Below are positions 1 to 10,180 of a DNA stretch of 64,000 bases, one piece after another (within the stretch, counting starts at the first letter, position 1; each line of letters begins with the position of its first letter). The position numbers were made by a program, and so were the translations under genes. The notes below the pieces were generated by a model. It was not told where the DNA came from. It did no database searches and saw only the letters and a program-made list of their open reading frames with translations. Origin of the DNA: Candidatus Magasanikiibacteriota bacterium. Its GTDB lineage: Bacteria > Patescibacteriota > Patescibacteriia > Magasanikbacterales > 2-02-FULL-50-9b. The stretch covers positions 3,854 through 67,853 of the forward strand of contig JAHFHU010000003.1 in NCBI GenBank assembly GCA_023246755.1, in the 5' to 3' direction.

Positions 1-1578
1 GCCCAACTCACGACACACGCAATAAATTTGATGAATCTTAGTTCAGGGACAACATATTTTTATTGTATTCATGCGACGGATATGGCTGGAAATGAGACGG
101 CATCCTGCGAGCATTCATTCGTGACCGCTCCACCAGTTGTTACCACATCGACACCGTTCTTAGACACTACCGATGAAATGATTGTTGCTGAAGATGAGGT
201 TGCTGCAGAACCAAAAGACAATCTAGAATCGCCAGCGGAACTAATAAATCTCACAACCGCACATACAATTGAGGATAAAACTGATTTAGACACAAACATA
301 TCAGTACAAACATGGGCGCGTTTTTCTGACGCCGTGGGGAATCCAAAAAATTTGTTTGCTCCACAGAAAGAAAATGTGTACATACGCATCTTTAATCCAG
401 CGGTAAATAGCCATGATGATGAGCGAGATCGAGTTGTGGTTACGTTGACGACAGTGGGCAATGTGCGTGATGTTGAGCGAATAACTTTGGTTGAAACAAC
501 TGATAATTCAGGTCTTTTTGTCGGTGCGATTGGGTTTCATCTGGCGGCTGTTGCAACACACGGCAACAAATCTATTGAATTTAATGGACAAGGGAAAATG
601 CGTTTTAGTTATTTTGGATTACCCCATGTCGCCGCTATTTCGGGTCCATCACTCCACCGTTCTCGACCGACGATTCCATCAGATCGTTTTTTACAAATTG
701 ATGGAGGCGCGACAACAACGACATCTCGTGTCGTTACATTAAATATGAAGGCTGCGAACGCGGTCTGGATGGCTATCTCAAATAATAAAAATTTTCTTGG
801 AAGTATTTGGCAAAAAATGCAGCCATCGATTCGATGGAAACTTAGTGAAAAATTTGGAGAGAAAACGGTGTACATAAAATTTGAAAGTTCGAGTGGGGGA
901 CAATCGAAACCAATCTCACAAATGATCGCTTTCGTTAAGCAGGAAACAGCCATAGATCAATCATTATCAAAACAAACGACACCGCCGGTAGAATTGTTAC
1001 CAATTCGAGATGTGGGTAAGCTTGTTCGCTCCTTGGCCCAGCCGGACGTGTATTTTGTGCAGAACGGGGTGCGACATTCATTTTTGACACGCGGTGTATT
1101 TCGGTCATGGTTTGGTGAAACACCGACAGTTGAAATAATTTCAAATGCTGAGCTCGCTGCATTTCCACTTGGAGCGTCGCTCGGTGTGCGTCCAGGCACA
1201 CGACTTGTGAAATTTAATACGCATGGTACGGTCTATGCGGTTGAGCCGGGTGCGGTTTTGCGTGAGATACCATCAGCAAAAATTGGCGCGGCAATTTATG
1301 GCGCTTCATGGGAAAAACGAATTTTATTGTTACCGGATACGTCGATGGCATATTACACAAAGGGTACCCCCATTAGAAATGAGATTGACATACCGATGGG
1401 GACGCTTATCTCATATGGCTCTGAAAAGCGTATTGGTCTGGTGATCGCGTCGCAAACCGTTGCTCCGCTTTCCATAAGCGGTTTTGCGAAAAATAGATTT
1501 CAAGAGCAGTACGTTATCCCCGTGGGCGAATTGAGCTCGCTGCAATTTGTAAAAAGTATAGATGAGTTGGTAGAGTGA
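1..1578 (+). CDS. hypothetical surface/secreted protein, 5'-partial (ORF open to window edge); C-terminal ~110 aa domain shared with the giant protein at 59632
   Basis: No stop between nt 1 and the first ATG in frame. C-terminal segment (VRHSF..GTRLVKF..VYAVEPGAVLR..YGASW) aligns with residues ~55-165 of the 59632..63393 product. Confidence 0.5.
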   Translation, partial: AQLTTHAINLMNLSSGTTYFYCIHATDMAGNETASCEHSFVTAPPVVTTSTPFLDTTDEMIVAEDEVAAEPKDNLESPAELINLTTAHTIEDKTDLDTNISVQTWARFSDAVGNPKNLFAPQKENVYIRIFNPAVNSHDDERDRVVVTLTTVGNVRDVERITLVETTDNSGLFVGAIGFHLAAVATHGNKSIEFNGQGKMRFSYFGLPHVAAISGPSLHRSRPTIPSDRFLQIDGGATTTTSRVVTLNMKAANAVWMAISNNKNFLGSIWQKMQPSIRWKLSEKFGEKTVYIKFESSSGGQSKPISQMIAFVKQETAIDQSLSKQTTPPVELLPIRDVGKLVRSLAQPDVYFVQNGVRHSFLTRGVFRSWFGETPTVEIISNAELAAFPLGASLGVRPGTRLVKFNTHGTVYAVEPGAVLREIPSAKIGAAIYGASWEKRILLLPDTSMAYYTKGTPIRNEIDIPMGTLISYGSEKRIGLVIASQTVAPLSISGFAKNRFQEQYVIPVGELSSLQFVKSIDELVE

Positions 1579-1786
1579 GTGGATATGTTTTGTGATGGGG
1601 CAGCGTTGTTAAAAATGAAGCAACCGTAGGTGTTATTTGTTCATTTGCTCGATTGGTTGATGGTGTGTTATAGTTTTATTTAACATAAATTATATGGCAA
1701 AAGGAAATCATGCACAGCAGAAAAACGTGAAGAAACCGAAGCAAAATAAGGACAAGAAAAAATAGGGCAGTTCGGCGTTAATTATT

Positions 1787-2185
1787 ATGCGTAAACAAAA
1801 AATTGTTTCAATTGTTCTTGGTATTTTTGTTGTTGCGAGTGCGGCTGCGCTTGCGGTATACGCAAAACCAAAGCCAAAACTAAATTCAATGCGGCCGCGA
1901 TCGATTGATGCGTCGCCGAAAGTTGAAATAACAGCGACAACGTCAACGCCAGCGACATACACACTCATGCAAGTTGCGGCGCACAAAGATGCGTCAAGTT
2001 GTTGGACCACGATCAATGGCGCGGTTTATGATGTGACGCCGTGGATAAGCGCACACCCAGGCGGCGCGAGCGCAATTTTGAGTTTGTGCGGAACAGATGG
2101 TTCTGTGGCGTTTAATGAACAGCATGGCGGCAAATCGCGTCCGGCCAATGAGCTTGCTGCGTATAAAATCGGCGCGTTAAAATAA
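1787..2185 (+). CDS. cytochrome b5-like heme-binding domain protein with N-terminal TM anchor
   Basis: HPGG heme-binding motif (WISAHPGGASAIL) and a cyt-b5 fold signature following an N-terminal hydrophobic helix. Confidence 0.7.
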   Translation: MRKQKIVSIVLGIFVVASAAALAVYAKPKPKLNSMRPRSIDASPKVEITATTSTPATYTLMQVAAHKDASSCWTTINGAVYDVTPWISAHPGGASAILSLCGTDGSVAFNEQHGGKSRPANELAAYKIGALK

Positions 2186-2188
2186 AAT

Positions 2189-2581
2189 ATGATGAATCAT
2201 AAAAAATACGCCCCCGTGGTTTTGAGACTCGGGATGTGCGCGGTTGTTGCGTGGTTTGGGGCATCGCAGCTCAGCAATCCGAATATGTGGTTTGGGGTCG
2301 TGCCGGCGTGGGCGCTCGAATTTTCGCACCTGTCCGCGCAGACGATCATTCGTTTGAACGGCTGGTTTGAAATTATCGCCGCACTCGCGCTCGGCGTCGG
2401 TGTTTTTACCCGTTGGGTCGCGCTTGCTTTGTCCGCACATCTTTTCGTCATTGCGCTTGGCTTTGGTTTAAGCGCAGTCGGCGTTCGCGATTTTGGTTTG
2501 ACATTCGGGTTGCTCGCTGTCGCGATGTTTGGCGCGGATTGCCTCTGTTTTGAGGACGTAGCGCCGCCCCTTGCGGTTTAG
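2189..2581 (+). CDS. DoxX-like small integral membrane protein
   Basis: 130 aa with 4 predicted TM helices and a DoxX-like pattern. Starts 4 nt after the cyt-b5 gene. Confidence 0.4.
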   Translation: MMNHKKYAPVVLRLGMCAVVAWFGASQLSNPNMWFGVVPAWALEFSHLSAQTIIRLNGWFEIIAALALGVGVFTRWVALALSAHLFVIALGFGLSAVGVRDFGLTFGLLAVAMFGADCLCFEDVAPPLAV

Positions 2582-2623
2582 TCGAATATGCGGTAGACTG
2601 ACGAATCATTCTCTGATAAAAAT

Positions 2624-3079
2624 ATGAATAATTTTAAGCGTGGCGGCGGTGGTTTTAAGCCAACGGGCGGGGGAGGCAGTCGGTTTGGCGGAGGCAGTGG
2701 TTTTGGTGGCGGAGCTGGACGAGGACGCGGCGATGATCGCGACGGTGGTCGCCCTGCTATGCACAAAGCAATTTGTGCACGATGTGAAAATTCATGCGAA
2801 GTTCCATTTAAGCCAAATGGGGTAAAGCCGATTTTTTGCAATGACTGTTTTGGCAAGGACGCATACGGGAATCAGAATGCACCGGATCGTGCGGAACGTC
2901 GTCCATCATTTCAGCGTGAAAGTTTTGGTGGTGATCGCGCACCTGCAGCTGCTCCCGCATCGAATAATAACGCTGCATTACTTGTTGAATTGAAAGCGAT
3001 GAACTCAAAGCTTGACGCACTCGTGAAAATTTTGACACCTGAAGAAAAACCAGCGCGCGCAAAAAAAGCGGCGAAATAA
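2624..3079 (+). CDS. glycine-rich CxxC-x17-CxxC zinc-ribbon protein
   Basis: N-terminal GGGGF/GGGSG repeats followed by CARCENSCEVPFKPNGVKPIFCNDCF (CxxC...CxxC). Confidence 0.6.
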   Translation: MNNFKRGGGGFKPTGGGGSRFGGGSGFGGGAGRGRGDDRDGGRPAMHKAICARCENSCEVPFKPNGVKPIFCNDCFGKDAYGNQNAPDRAERRPSFQRESFGGDRAPAAAPASNNNAALLVELKAMNSKLDALVKILTPEEKPARAKKAAK

Positions 3080-3085
3080 ATTCAG

Positions 3086-3892
3086 ATGAAACCGCGGCTG
3101 CTGTTATTGACCAATACGGACAACAGCAGCCCGGAGGAGGATAAATATCTCGCGGATTTTCTGCGAGATATTTTTGATGTGACGCGCGTGCATCCGCGCG
3201 ATGCGGGCGAATTTGAGGATGTGGCTGATTTGATTTTGGTGCGGAATATTTGGCCGACAGAAACGCAGTTGCCGGAATTGCACGCGATGTATGCGCGGTT
3301 CGCGCGGAAAAATTTGTGTGTGTACAATCCATTTATTGGGCACGGGGATATGCAGGGTAAAAAATATTTGCCTGAATTGTGGCGGTTGGGGTATCCGGTG
3401 ATTCCGTCGGTTGAGCGGGTGAGTGAGTTGGGCGCGTTGCCGTTGACCGAAAATTTTATGGTGAAGCCGCTATTTGGGGGGAGTAGTTTTGGCGTGAAAA
3501 AAATTGCGCGATCGAAACTTGAGGCGATGCCATTGACCGATCACATCATTCAGCCATTTTTGCAAATCGAAAAAGAAATTTCATTTTATTTTATCGACAA
3601 CGAGTTACAGCATGTTCTTGCGACGCGCGGCGACCGATGGAATCTCCAGTTTTACGACGCAACAGACGAACAAAAAATGATCGCGCAGAATTTTGTCCAG
3701 TGGAACTCGCTTCCGCGTGGAATTCAGCGCATCGATTTTGCGTTGACCTTTGATGGCGAATTTTTGCTCATGGAGATTGAGGATTGGTGCCCTTTTTTAT
3801 CGTTGCGGGGGCTTGATGCAGCGCGGTCAGCCTTGTTTTTTGAGGCCATTAGGGGCGCTCTTTTGCGCGCGATTTTTTTTGCAAATGATTAA
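3086..3892 (+). CDS. ATP-grasp domain protein (RimK-like ligase fold)
   Basis: MVKPLFGGSSFGVKKI matches the ATP-grasp vvKP..gs.G.gv motif. Rest of the protein has weak similarity. Confidence 0.45.
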   Translation: MKPRLLLLTNTDNSSPEEDKYLADFLRDIFDVTRVHPRDAGEFEDVADLILVRNIWPTETQLPELHAMYARFARKNLCVYNPFIGHGDMQGKKYLPELWRLGYPVIPSVERVSELGALPLTENFMVKPLFGGSSFGVKKIARSKLEAMPLTDHIIQPFLQIEKEISFYFIDNELQHVLATRGDRWNLQFYDATDEQKMIAQNFVQWNSLPRGIQRIDFALTFDGEFLLMEIEDWCPFLSLRGLDAARSALFFEAIRGALLRAIFFAND

Positions 3893-4493
3893 TATGTTTT
3901 GTGATCCAGATGATGATGAGAAGAAAAAAAAGATAAATTATGATGCCATAAAATGTTCGATGGTTTGTTTGTGCGGGTGGCGCGTGTATGCGAGCGGCTT
4001 GCGTTGGGATTGTTGATTTTTGGTTAGTAATTTCTTTGTGTAGTTGGGTTGTTGATAAACGCCATGTTTTATCCTTGAGTGCCAAAACAGACCCCGGTTT
4101 TGTTTGGAGTCCGATACGGACACCGTGTGTTGTGAGTGTGATAGCCGGGTCGTCCGTCGTGGGAATATAAACACGCATGAGCAAATTTGGTGTAGACCCC
4201 TTTTTTGGCTGTGCGTGGGGTATCATTCCAAGGAATGATACATATTTTGTTTGATTAGTTTTTGTGCCAAGTATGGTGAGTGGCGCGTGCGGCCACACGC
4301 GCGCGATTGAGTGCGCAACATCAATATATTTTGGTGAAATTAGCGTATCAAAAATTATAGAGCCTTCAAATGCATTGACCTGGGTTGATGGTGAAAGAAA
4401 AATATCGATATAAAATTCATCAGTTCGACCAGCATCGCTACCAAGTTTAAAATCTATTTGTGGTGTTATAAATTGTGATGCCATATATATCAC
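3849..4493 (-). CDS. hypothetical protein
   Basis: Long ORF that starts 4 nt inside the upstream minus-strand ORF; no recognisable motifs. Confidence 0.35.
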   Translation of the reverse strand: MIYMASQFITPQIDFKLGSDAGRTDEFYIDIFLSPSTQVNAFEGSIIFDTLISPKYIDVAHSIARVWPHAPLTILGTKTNQTKYVSFLGMIPHAQPKKGSTPNLLMRVYIPTTDDPAITLTTHGVRIGLQTKPGSVLALKDKTWRLSTTQLHKEITNQKSTIPTQAARIHAPPAQTNHRTFYGIIIYLFFLLIIIWITKHINHLQKKSRAKERP

Positions 4494-5089
4494 TCACCCC
4501 AATAATACGAAAGAATTGAAAAATCAACGAGATCGACCATCTTATCTTTGTTGAGGTCTGTCGGGTGTGTCGGCTGCGTGGTTTCATATGCGGCTACCAT
4601 TGCTTGGTATAAATCAAACATTGCGGCGTTGTATCCGGCGCTATCACCTGTCGGGCTGATGAGCGTCGTGACAAATGGACGGAATGAAAAAGATCCCTCG
4701 ATAAATCCGGGCGTGCCAGCTGGGGGCTCGTTTATTTGGGGCGTCTGTGAAGCTGATGGCGTTGGTTTTGGTGGTGCAATGATTGCGGGCGATTGATCGC
4801 TGGGAAGCGTAATGAGTGGCTGCCCCGATGGGTTCGTTGGAATAATTGTTGGAGTCGTAGCAGGTGGTTCAACATACGATGTATAACATCCGCTACACGC
4901 AATTGGATCTCGAGTGACCGCCACAGGTGCGGGAGCGGTTGGTGTTTCATCGTCAGTACTCGCGGTAACTTGAACACCAATTGTTAAAATGTTTGTGTCT
5001 GCTTGTACTGGCACGAGGTTAAAAAAAAATAGCACACCGGCACCTAATATCGAAATAAAAATTGTTTTATTTCCCGATTGATTTTTCAT
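4490..5089 (-). CDS. secreted Pro/Thr-rich protein with dockerin-like C-terminus
   Basis: N-terminal signal peptide (..FFFNLVPVQA), PT-rich linker, and a C-terminal DLNKDKMVDLVDFSIL calcium-binding-like repeat. Confidence 0.45.
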   Translation of the reverse strand: MKNQSGNKTIFISILGAGVLFFFNLVPVQADTNILTIGVQVTASTDDETPTAPAPVAVTRDPIACSGCYTSYVEPPATTPTIIPTNPSGQPLITLPSDQSPAIIAPPKPTPSASQTPQINEPPAGTPGFIEGSFSFRPFVTTLISPTGDSAGYNAAMFDLYQAMVAAYETTQPTHPTDLNKDKMVDLVDFSILSYYWGE

Positions 5090-5094
5090 GCAAA

Positions 5095-5454
5095 TTATTT
5101 TTGTAATAAAATTGCCGCGGTTGTTACCGCGATAACAAGCAAGATTCCCAGTAAAAATAGGATACGAATGCGGACATAAACTTTATGAAATTGTACCACA
5201 GAAATTTCACAGACAATTTTTTTCTTTGAAAAATGTTCATTTGCACGATGAAAGCACTCGGGAAAGCTGTAGCGCATCACAAAAGGAATTGCACGCGGAT
5301 TTTTGCTTAACATAAAGCCGAGTATCAGCATCGAAACGAGAATACCGATTATGAATCCAATAAAAAGTGGGTCATTAAACAAATAAACAAATGTTAAAAA
5401 TGCAGCATGTACGTTTGCAGTTGCCGCGGAAGCGCTGTTGATAAAAAAATTCAT
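5095..5454 (-). CDS. hypothetical membrane protein
   Basis: Two to three hydrophobic helices; divergent from lepB. Confidence 0.35.
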   Translation of the reverse strand: MNFFINSASAATANVHAAFLTFVYLFNDPLFIGFIIGILVSMLILGFMLSKNPRAIPFVMRYSFPECFHRANEHFSKKKIVCEISVVQFHKVYVRIRILFLLGILLVIAVTTAAILLQK

Positions 5455-5477
5455 AAAGATCTGGTATAATAGGTGAA

Positions 5478-6017
5478 ATGAAACAAAGTATTCACATCTT
5501 CATTTCTTTTTTAGAAGACGGGTTAAAAACCTTCTTGATTATAGCACTTTGCTTGATTGGCGTAAAAGAGGTGATTGTTTCGGTTGATCAGGTAGTTGGA
5601 AACTCAATGGTTCCTAATTTTAAGAGTAGCCAACATTTTGTTGTTAATAAGATTGTGTATTATTTTCGTTCGCCAGCGCGCGGTGATGTTGTTCAAGCAA
5701 TTGAACCACAACATAAATCTTTTGTAATTAAGCGTGTTATTGGCATTCCGGGTGACGTCTTATTTACAAAGAACGGTGTTTTATACCGAGGATCAGCAAA
5801 CAACCCTCTGTCGTTTGCTGATGCACAGCGTGTTTTCGAGCCGTATTTGCCCGAGAGTTTTATAACAGATGTTAGAGGATCTACCGCTCAAACCATGTTT
5901 ATCGTGCCGCCGAACCATTATTTTTTGATTGGGGATAACCGATCGCATAGCACAGATTCTCGAGTATACGGACCGGTCTCGCGTATCTCAATTACGGGTT
6001 TTGTACAGGGTTTATAA
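5478..6017 (+). CDS. lepB: signal peptidase I
   Basis: S26 motifs: GNSMVPNF (catalytic Ser box), IKRVIGIPGD (Lys box) and GDNRSHSTDSRVYG. Confidence 0.8.
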   Translation: MKQSIHIFISFLEDGLKTFLIIALCLIGVKEVIVSVDQVVGNSMVPNFKSSQHFVVNKIVYYFRSPARGDVVQAIEPQHKSFVIKRVIGIPGDVLFTKNGVLYRGSANNPLSFADAQRVFEPYLPESFITDVRGSTAQTMFIVPPNHYFLIGDNRSHSTDSRVYGPVSRISITGFVQGL

Positions 6018-6969
6018 CACGCTCGTCCATTGCAGTGACAATAGTGTTTCCATTTGACTCAATCCGTGTATATTTTTGTAAAGCAAAATTAACAATCGTT
6101 GTTGCTCCGGTTGATGATTTGAATAGGGCTATTTCTGGATCGATCCATTGAATTTTTTCAGCACGTAACGGAAATATCAAGCGCATGGATTTTTTCGCAT
6201 CGGTTTCTGATTTGTATGTCCAAAAGCCGAGCAAATGTTTTTTGATTTCATATTTTTGTTTGATTTTTGGCTGTTTGTCGGTCATTTCGGTGTTAGATTT
6301 GATTGCGGTAGCCTCGTCTGCGGTGAGTCTTGTTGGAGCATCTTTCCATGGATCGAACGCGAAACGTGTAATTGCACCACTCGAGTTTTTTGAAAATTCA
6401 ACAAGTGCTGTGTGGTTTTCTTTAAGATCCCACTCAGCATTTTCTGTTTTTGTGCCTGCTGGACGCATGAGCTTGTTTTCGAAGGGGATGCATGGCGCAT
6501 CTGTTGGAATTTCAGGAATAAATTCTCGAATACAATAACCAATTTTAGTTTTGTCTTTATCAAATGTTTTTAAAATTAGGTAACGCGCGTCTGGGCTTAA
6601 AGATGCGTCTGCAATCGAAATACGTTGCTTGATGCGCTGCCTGATCCCACCATTTGAAGAGATCGCCATGTACGTTGTTGAAGTTGCTGTCGAACGATTA
6701 TCGAAAGCTAAGGCGATGTTTTGGCGTAGATAAAGTAATGTAATTGAGCCATTGAGACGTATCGCATCTTCTTTGGTGAGTGGTTGAACAACGTATTCAT
6801 TGTGAATTTTATCGAGTTCGACGATGAGTTGCGGAATGAAGCCTGCGCCTACGATGTCGCGTGAACCAGATCTAAAGACTGCGAGATATGGTGCAGCGAG
6901 CAAATATAAGCAAAATACGAATATGCAAATTCCAAGGAAAATGCCGACAATAAGTGGTTTATTTTTCAT
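5992..6969 (-). CDS. hypothetical membrane-anchored protein
   Basis: N-terminal TM helix followed by a large extracytoplasmic domain; no motif recognised. Confidence 0.45.
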   Translation of the reverse strand: MKNKPLIVGIFLGICIFVFCLYLLAAPYLAVFRSGSRDIVGAGFIPQLIVELDKIHNEYVVQPLTKEDAIRLNGSITLLYLRQNIALAFDNRSTATSTTYMAISSNGGIRQRIKQRISIADASLSPDARYLILKTFDKDKTKIGYCIREFIPEIPTDAPCIPFENKLMRPAGTKTENAEWDLKENHTALVEFSKNSSGAITRFAFDPWKDAPTRLTADEATAIKSNTEMTDKQPKIKQKYEIKKHLLGFWTYKSETDAKKSMRLIFPLRAEKIQWIDPEIALFKSSTGATTIVNFALQKYTRIESNGNTIVTAMDERVINPVQNP

Positions 6970-6985
6970 ACGCCACCATCATACT

Positions 6986-7021
6986 ACAAAAAACCACCGC
7001 CGGAAAGGCGGTGGTTTTTTA
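6986..7021 (-). terminator. rho-independent terminator (bidirectional hairpin)
   Basis: ACCACCGCC-ggaaa-GGCGGTGGT perfect 9-bp stem flanked by an A-run and a T-run, immediately downstream of the 7039..8163 minus-strand gene. Coordinates approximate. Confidence 0.6.
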
Positions 7022-7038
7022 AACGAGCAACCTATGAC

Positions 7039-8163
7039 TTAGCTGAGGCCCGTTGTACCGACGAAGATCATGTAACCTGAACACGAACCACTGATACCGA
7101 GATTCGGCTTGAGTTTGAGATACAAACTTGAGCTTGGAACCGAGTTTGCAGCAGTCGCTGTCGCTGATGCGATGTTACCAGCACCCGATGAACCTGATGG
7201 GGTTGTTGATGGAACTGAGCTAGCTGAGAAGTAGGTAAACCCTGACGATGCAGTTGAGTAGCGGAGACGATATGTTGGGATATTACCAACGCTACAGGCC
7301 ATCGCGTAGTTTGGTGTTCCACTTCCGGTTGATGAGGCTGAAATGCGATAGTCGGAAGTTGTGTTTCCTGTGTTGTAAACAACGACAGTCTTTGCATCCG
7401 ATTCACTTTCAAGTTGAACGGAACCACCACTTTTTTGAAACGTGATCGATGATGCATCGAGCACAACTGCATTAAGTGATGCTACTTGGTATGCGTTAGA
7501 ATCAGTGGTAAATACTGAACCGGTAGTTGCATACGAAGCGCTTCTTAATCGAATCGCAAGTTTCCATGTGCTAACCGGAGTAGCATTGTACTTCATGTGA
7601 ATTTTACATGAGAATGTTTCCGATGTCGCAATGGAAGATGACTGCGATGAGTCCGAGAAATTACAATCAAGTCCTGATGTATCCATCTGCATTGAGTAGC
7701 AACCTTTTGATGCTGTTCCTCCGTTTAAACCTGTTGTTGGAGTACATGATCCATCCGTAAGGCCCGCGGTTGTTGAGGCAAAGTAATACACGAAGCGATC
7801 TGCACCTTCACTGTACCATTCTGAAATGGTGCTTGATGCATAAAGCGTACCGGTGAAGTAAATGTCTGTGCCGCCGGTTGCGCCACCGCTCGCGTCAGTT
7901 TCCGTTAGTGTAATGGTACCACCGTCTGAAAGTGGTGTTCCACACGCACCTGCCGACGCGTGGTTTGAACTATTGTCAAGACAAACTTTTAAGTTTGCGA
8001 GTGAAGGGGCTGTTGAAGAAACAGAAAGATTGCTATTGAGTGTGTTGCTGTCGTCAGCCTTGCTTTTTAAGTTGACAAAAACGAGAAGGATAAGAAGTCC
8101 GGCAATGCCGAGAAGTACGGCAAATATCCAGTGCGTTTTTGAATCCGAATATTCTTGATTCAT
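7039..8163 (-). CDS. secreted Ser/Thr/Gly-rich hypothetical protein
   Basis: N-terminal TM/signal (WIFAVLLGIAGLLILLVFV) and a low-complexity S/T-rich body. Confidence 0.5.
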   Translation of the reverse strand: MNQEYSDSKTHWIFAVLLGIAGLLILLVFVNLKSKADDSNTLNSNLSVSSTAPSLANLKVCLDNSSNHASAGACGTPLSDGGTITLTETDASGGATGGTDIYFTGTLYASSTISEWYSEGADRFVYYFASTTAGLTDGSCTPTTGLNGGTASKGCYSMQMDTSGLDCNFSDSSQSSSIATSETFSCKIHMKYNATPVSTWKLAIRLRSASYATTGSVFTTDSNAYQVASLNAVVLDASSITFQKSGGSVQLESESDAKTVVVYNTGNTTSDYRISASSTGSGTPNYAMACSVGNIPTYRLRYSTASSGFTYFSASSVPSTTPSGSSGAGNIASATATAANSVPSSSLYLKLKPNLGISGSCSGYMIFVGTTGLS

Positions 8164-8174
8164 AATTTATTAAT

Positions 8175-8474
8175 TTATTTGGTTACCTGAACCTGTGTTT
8201 TGAGAATTTTTGCCGACTCGTCAGGTGACGAACCGTCAGGATTTTTGATGTTGACCTTTGTTTTTAGTACATCAATTGGGCTTTGTGTGCCTTCAATCGT
8301 TCTAAAAATTGTTTTCGGAATTTGTGAAACCGTTGCTGCTGTTTCGTGGTTCGTTTTTGATAATCTCATCCCATACAGGACAATTCCTGTGATCAGGGCG
8401 AAGACGACCCAAACAACGCCGAGTGCTTCCGCGAATCGGGCAGCGTTATTACTTTGTGTTTGTTGCTGATACAT
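8175..8474 (-). CDS. small membrane protein
   Basis: 99 aa with one TM helix; sits in an operon-like arrangement with flanking secreted proteins. Confidence 0.4.
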   Translation of the reverse strand: MYQQQTQSNNAARFAEALGVVWVVFALITGIVLYGMRLSKTNHETAATVSQIPKTIFRTIEGTQSPIDVLKTKVNIKNPDGSSPDESAKILKTQVQVTK

Positions 8475-8514
8475 AGTTGTTAACGATTAATAAGGTTAGT
8501 TTATTTTTCGACGT

Positions 8515-9753
8515 TTATTTTTTTGCGCGTTTTTTAAGGACAACAGACGCAATTACTACGAGCAAGATAGCACCAAGCGCCATCCAAATTATTCGGACGA
8601 CCCCTGATGAACCAACTTGCAAGTCAAGTAATCGCTCTTCCGTTCGGTTAGGGCCGTAGTCAACAAAACCGCGAACTTTAAACTTCCCACCCTTTTTTGT
8701 TGTGTAGGTGAGTTTCAGGATCGCTTCGCGCGATTTTGTGATGATGATTTTTTCTGTGTGTATGGCGTCCACGATGTCTGTGCCATCTAAAATTTCGACG
8801 AAAAGCGTTGCGTCTACGGTTGAATCTCCGGCGTTGATAACTTTTGCTTCAATACGGACGGGTGTCCCGATCGTTTTTATTTCGTTCGATGATAATTCAA
8901 AAGTTTTGAGGGTGAGTTTTTGTGTCAATGTTCCGGGTGCAACAACGGTGAGGCCCGCTTTTTCGGTTTGACCGATCTGTTTTTCGTTGATGTAAAAATC
9001 AATTTGTGTTTTGTAACTGCCAACGGGTAGGCTCATTTCAACGGGAACGTTACGCTCACTGTTTGTGTCAGGCGCTACAGCCTCGACATTTTTGAGTGCA
9101 ACCGTTTTATTACTTATTACCGATTCTCCACTTGAGTTTATTACGGTGATAACTATTTTATTTGGAGCAATATCTATGTTGCCTAAGTTGTTAAATTGAA
9201 ATGTGAGTGGGGCAAATTCGTGCTCTGCTTGCTCAAAATCCGAGAATTGGACATGGCTGATCTTTCCTTCAATAATTTGCTCATCGCTGACGGTGAAGCT
9301 TATAAGCGTTTCTGCTCCAATTTGAAAGGCAGAGCCTGCTGTTGAATTTTTAAGAGCTCCTTTCGGTGGTTCCGTGCTCGGAATAAATGTTAAGTACGCT
9401 TTGTAAGATCCATTTGCAGCCGTTTTTGGAGCAATATAAAATTCAAATGGCATCGTTGTTTTTCCTTTTGGAAGTGTGTACGTTTTCTCAAATTTGAGAT
9501 ACGGGGCTCCATCGCCCGATGCCGTGACATTAAACACCTGATCATTTTCTGCATTCTGTCTTTGGACATTCACTGTCTTTTTTAATTCTGATGTTTTTAA
9601 AACACGTTCAGCAGTTATAATTCCCGGCGAGATGCCGAGTGCAAAAACTGGCTGCACTTCTGCGAGAGAAAAGAGAATGACGAATGTGAGCAGCGATCCG
9701 TTAAGTATTTTTTTCATAAATAGAACTGAAATTATAATAGCACATTCTCGCAA
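8515..9753 (-). CDS. secreted hypothetical protein with C-terminal TM anchor
   Basis: Signal peptide, beta-rich body, and a C-terminal hydrophobic helix followed by KKRAKK. Confidence 0.5.
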   Translation of the reverse strand: MRECAIIISVLFMKKILNGSLLTFVILFSLAEVQPVFALGISPGIITAERVLKTSELKKTVNVQRQNAENDQVFNVTASGDGAPYLKFEKTYTLPKGKTTMPFEFYIAPKTAANGSYKAYLTFIPSTEPPKGALKNSTAGSAFQIGAETLISFTVSDEQIIEGKISHVQFSDFEQAEHEFAPLTFQFNNLGNIDIAPNKIVITVINSSGESVISNKTVALKNVEAVAPDTNSERNVPVEMSLPVGSYKTQIDFYINEKQIGQTEKAGLTVVAPGTLTQKLTLKTFELSSNEIKTIGTPVRIEAKVINAGDSTVDATLFVEILDGTDIVDAIHTEKIIITKSREAILKLTYTTKKGGKFKVRGFVDYGPNRTEERLLDLQVGSSGVVRIIWMALGAILLVVIASVVLKKRAKK

Positions 9754-10180
9754 ATTTTTCCTGTGGATATGTTTTTTGAGATCAAATTTTTTTATGCGAT
9801 TTAATTATTTTAAAATTTTGAATCGTCATATCTCGAAGCTCGAAGGTGTCCCCTATGCAGAGGAGCTTTCTGCGCGAGTTGCTCACATCGGTGAAGATTC
9901 ACGCGCCGCGACACGCGAGCGTGAGGAATTGGCGTTGACGAGTAAGTGTACCCGTCTATGGCACCGCCTGATTTTGAGCGCGATCTTCGACCGTTCGGTA
10001 GTCTAGAATCGCTAACCGCCTTTGATTTGAAGGCGAAGTTTTAGCAGAATCATCGGGAGCAAAGTGCGCGTCATGGATACGTGGCACTTTTGTGAAGGCG
10101 TGTGATGTTGCGGTGGCACTCAACTTTTTTGTCGGCATGAACTTGATGCGGACGGAAAGGATTGGGTGCTTTTTTATCGC

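Noticed and set aside
9940-10040. Possible second tRNA or tRNA-like element (GGTAGTCTAGAATCGCTAACCGCC)
   Set aside because: No acceptable cloverleaf with acceptor, D, anticodon and T arms could be built on either strand.
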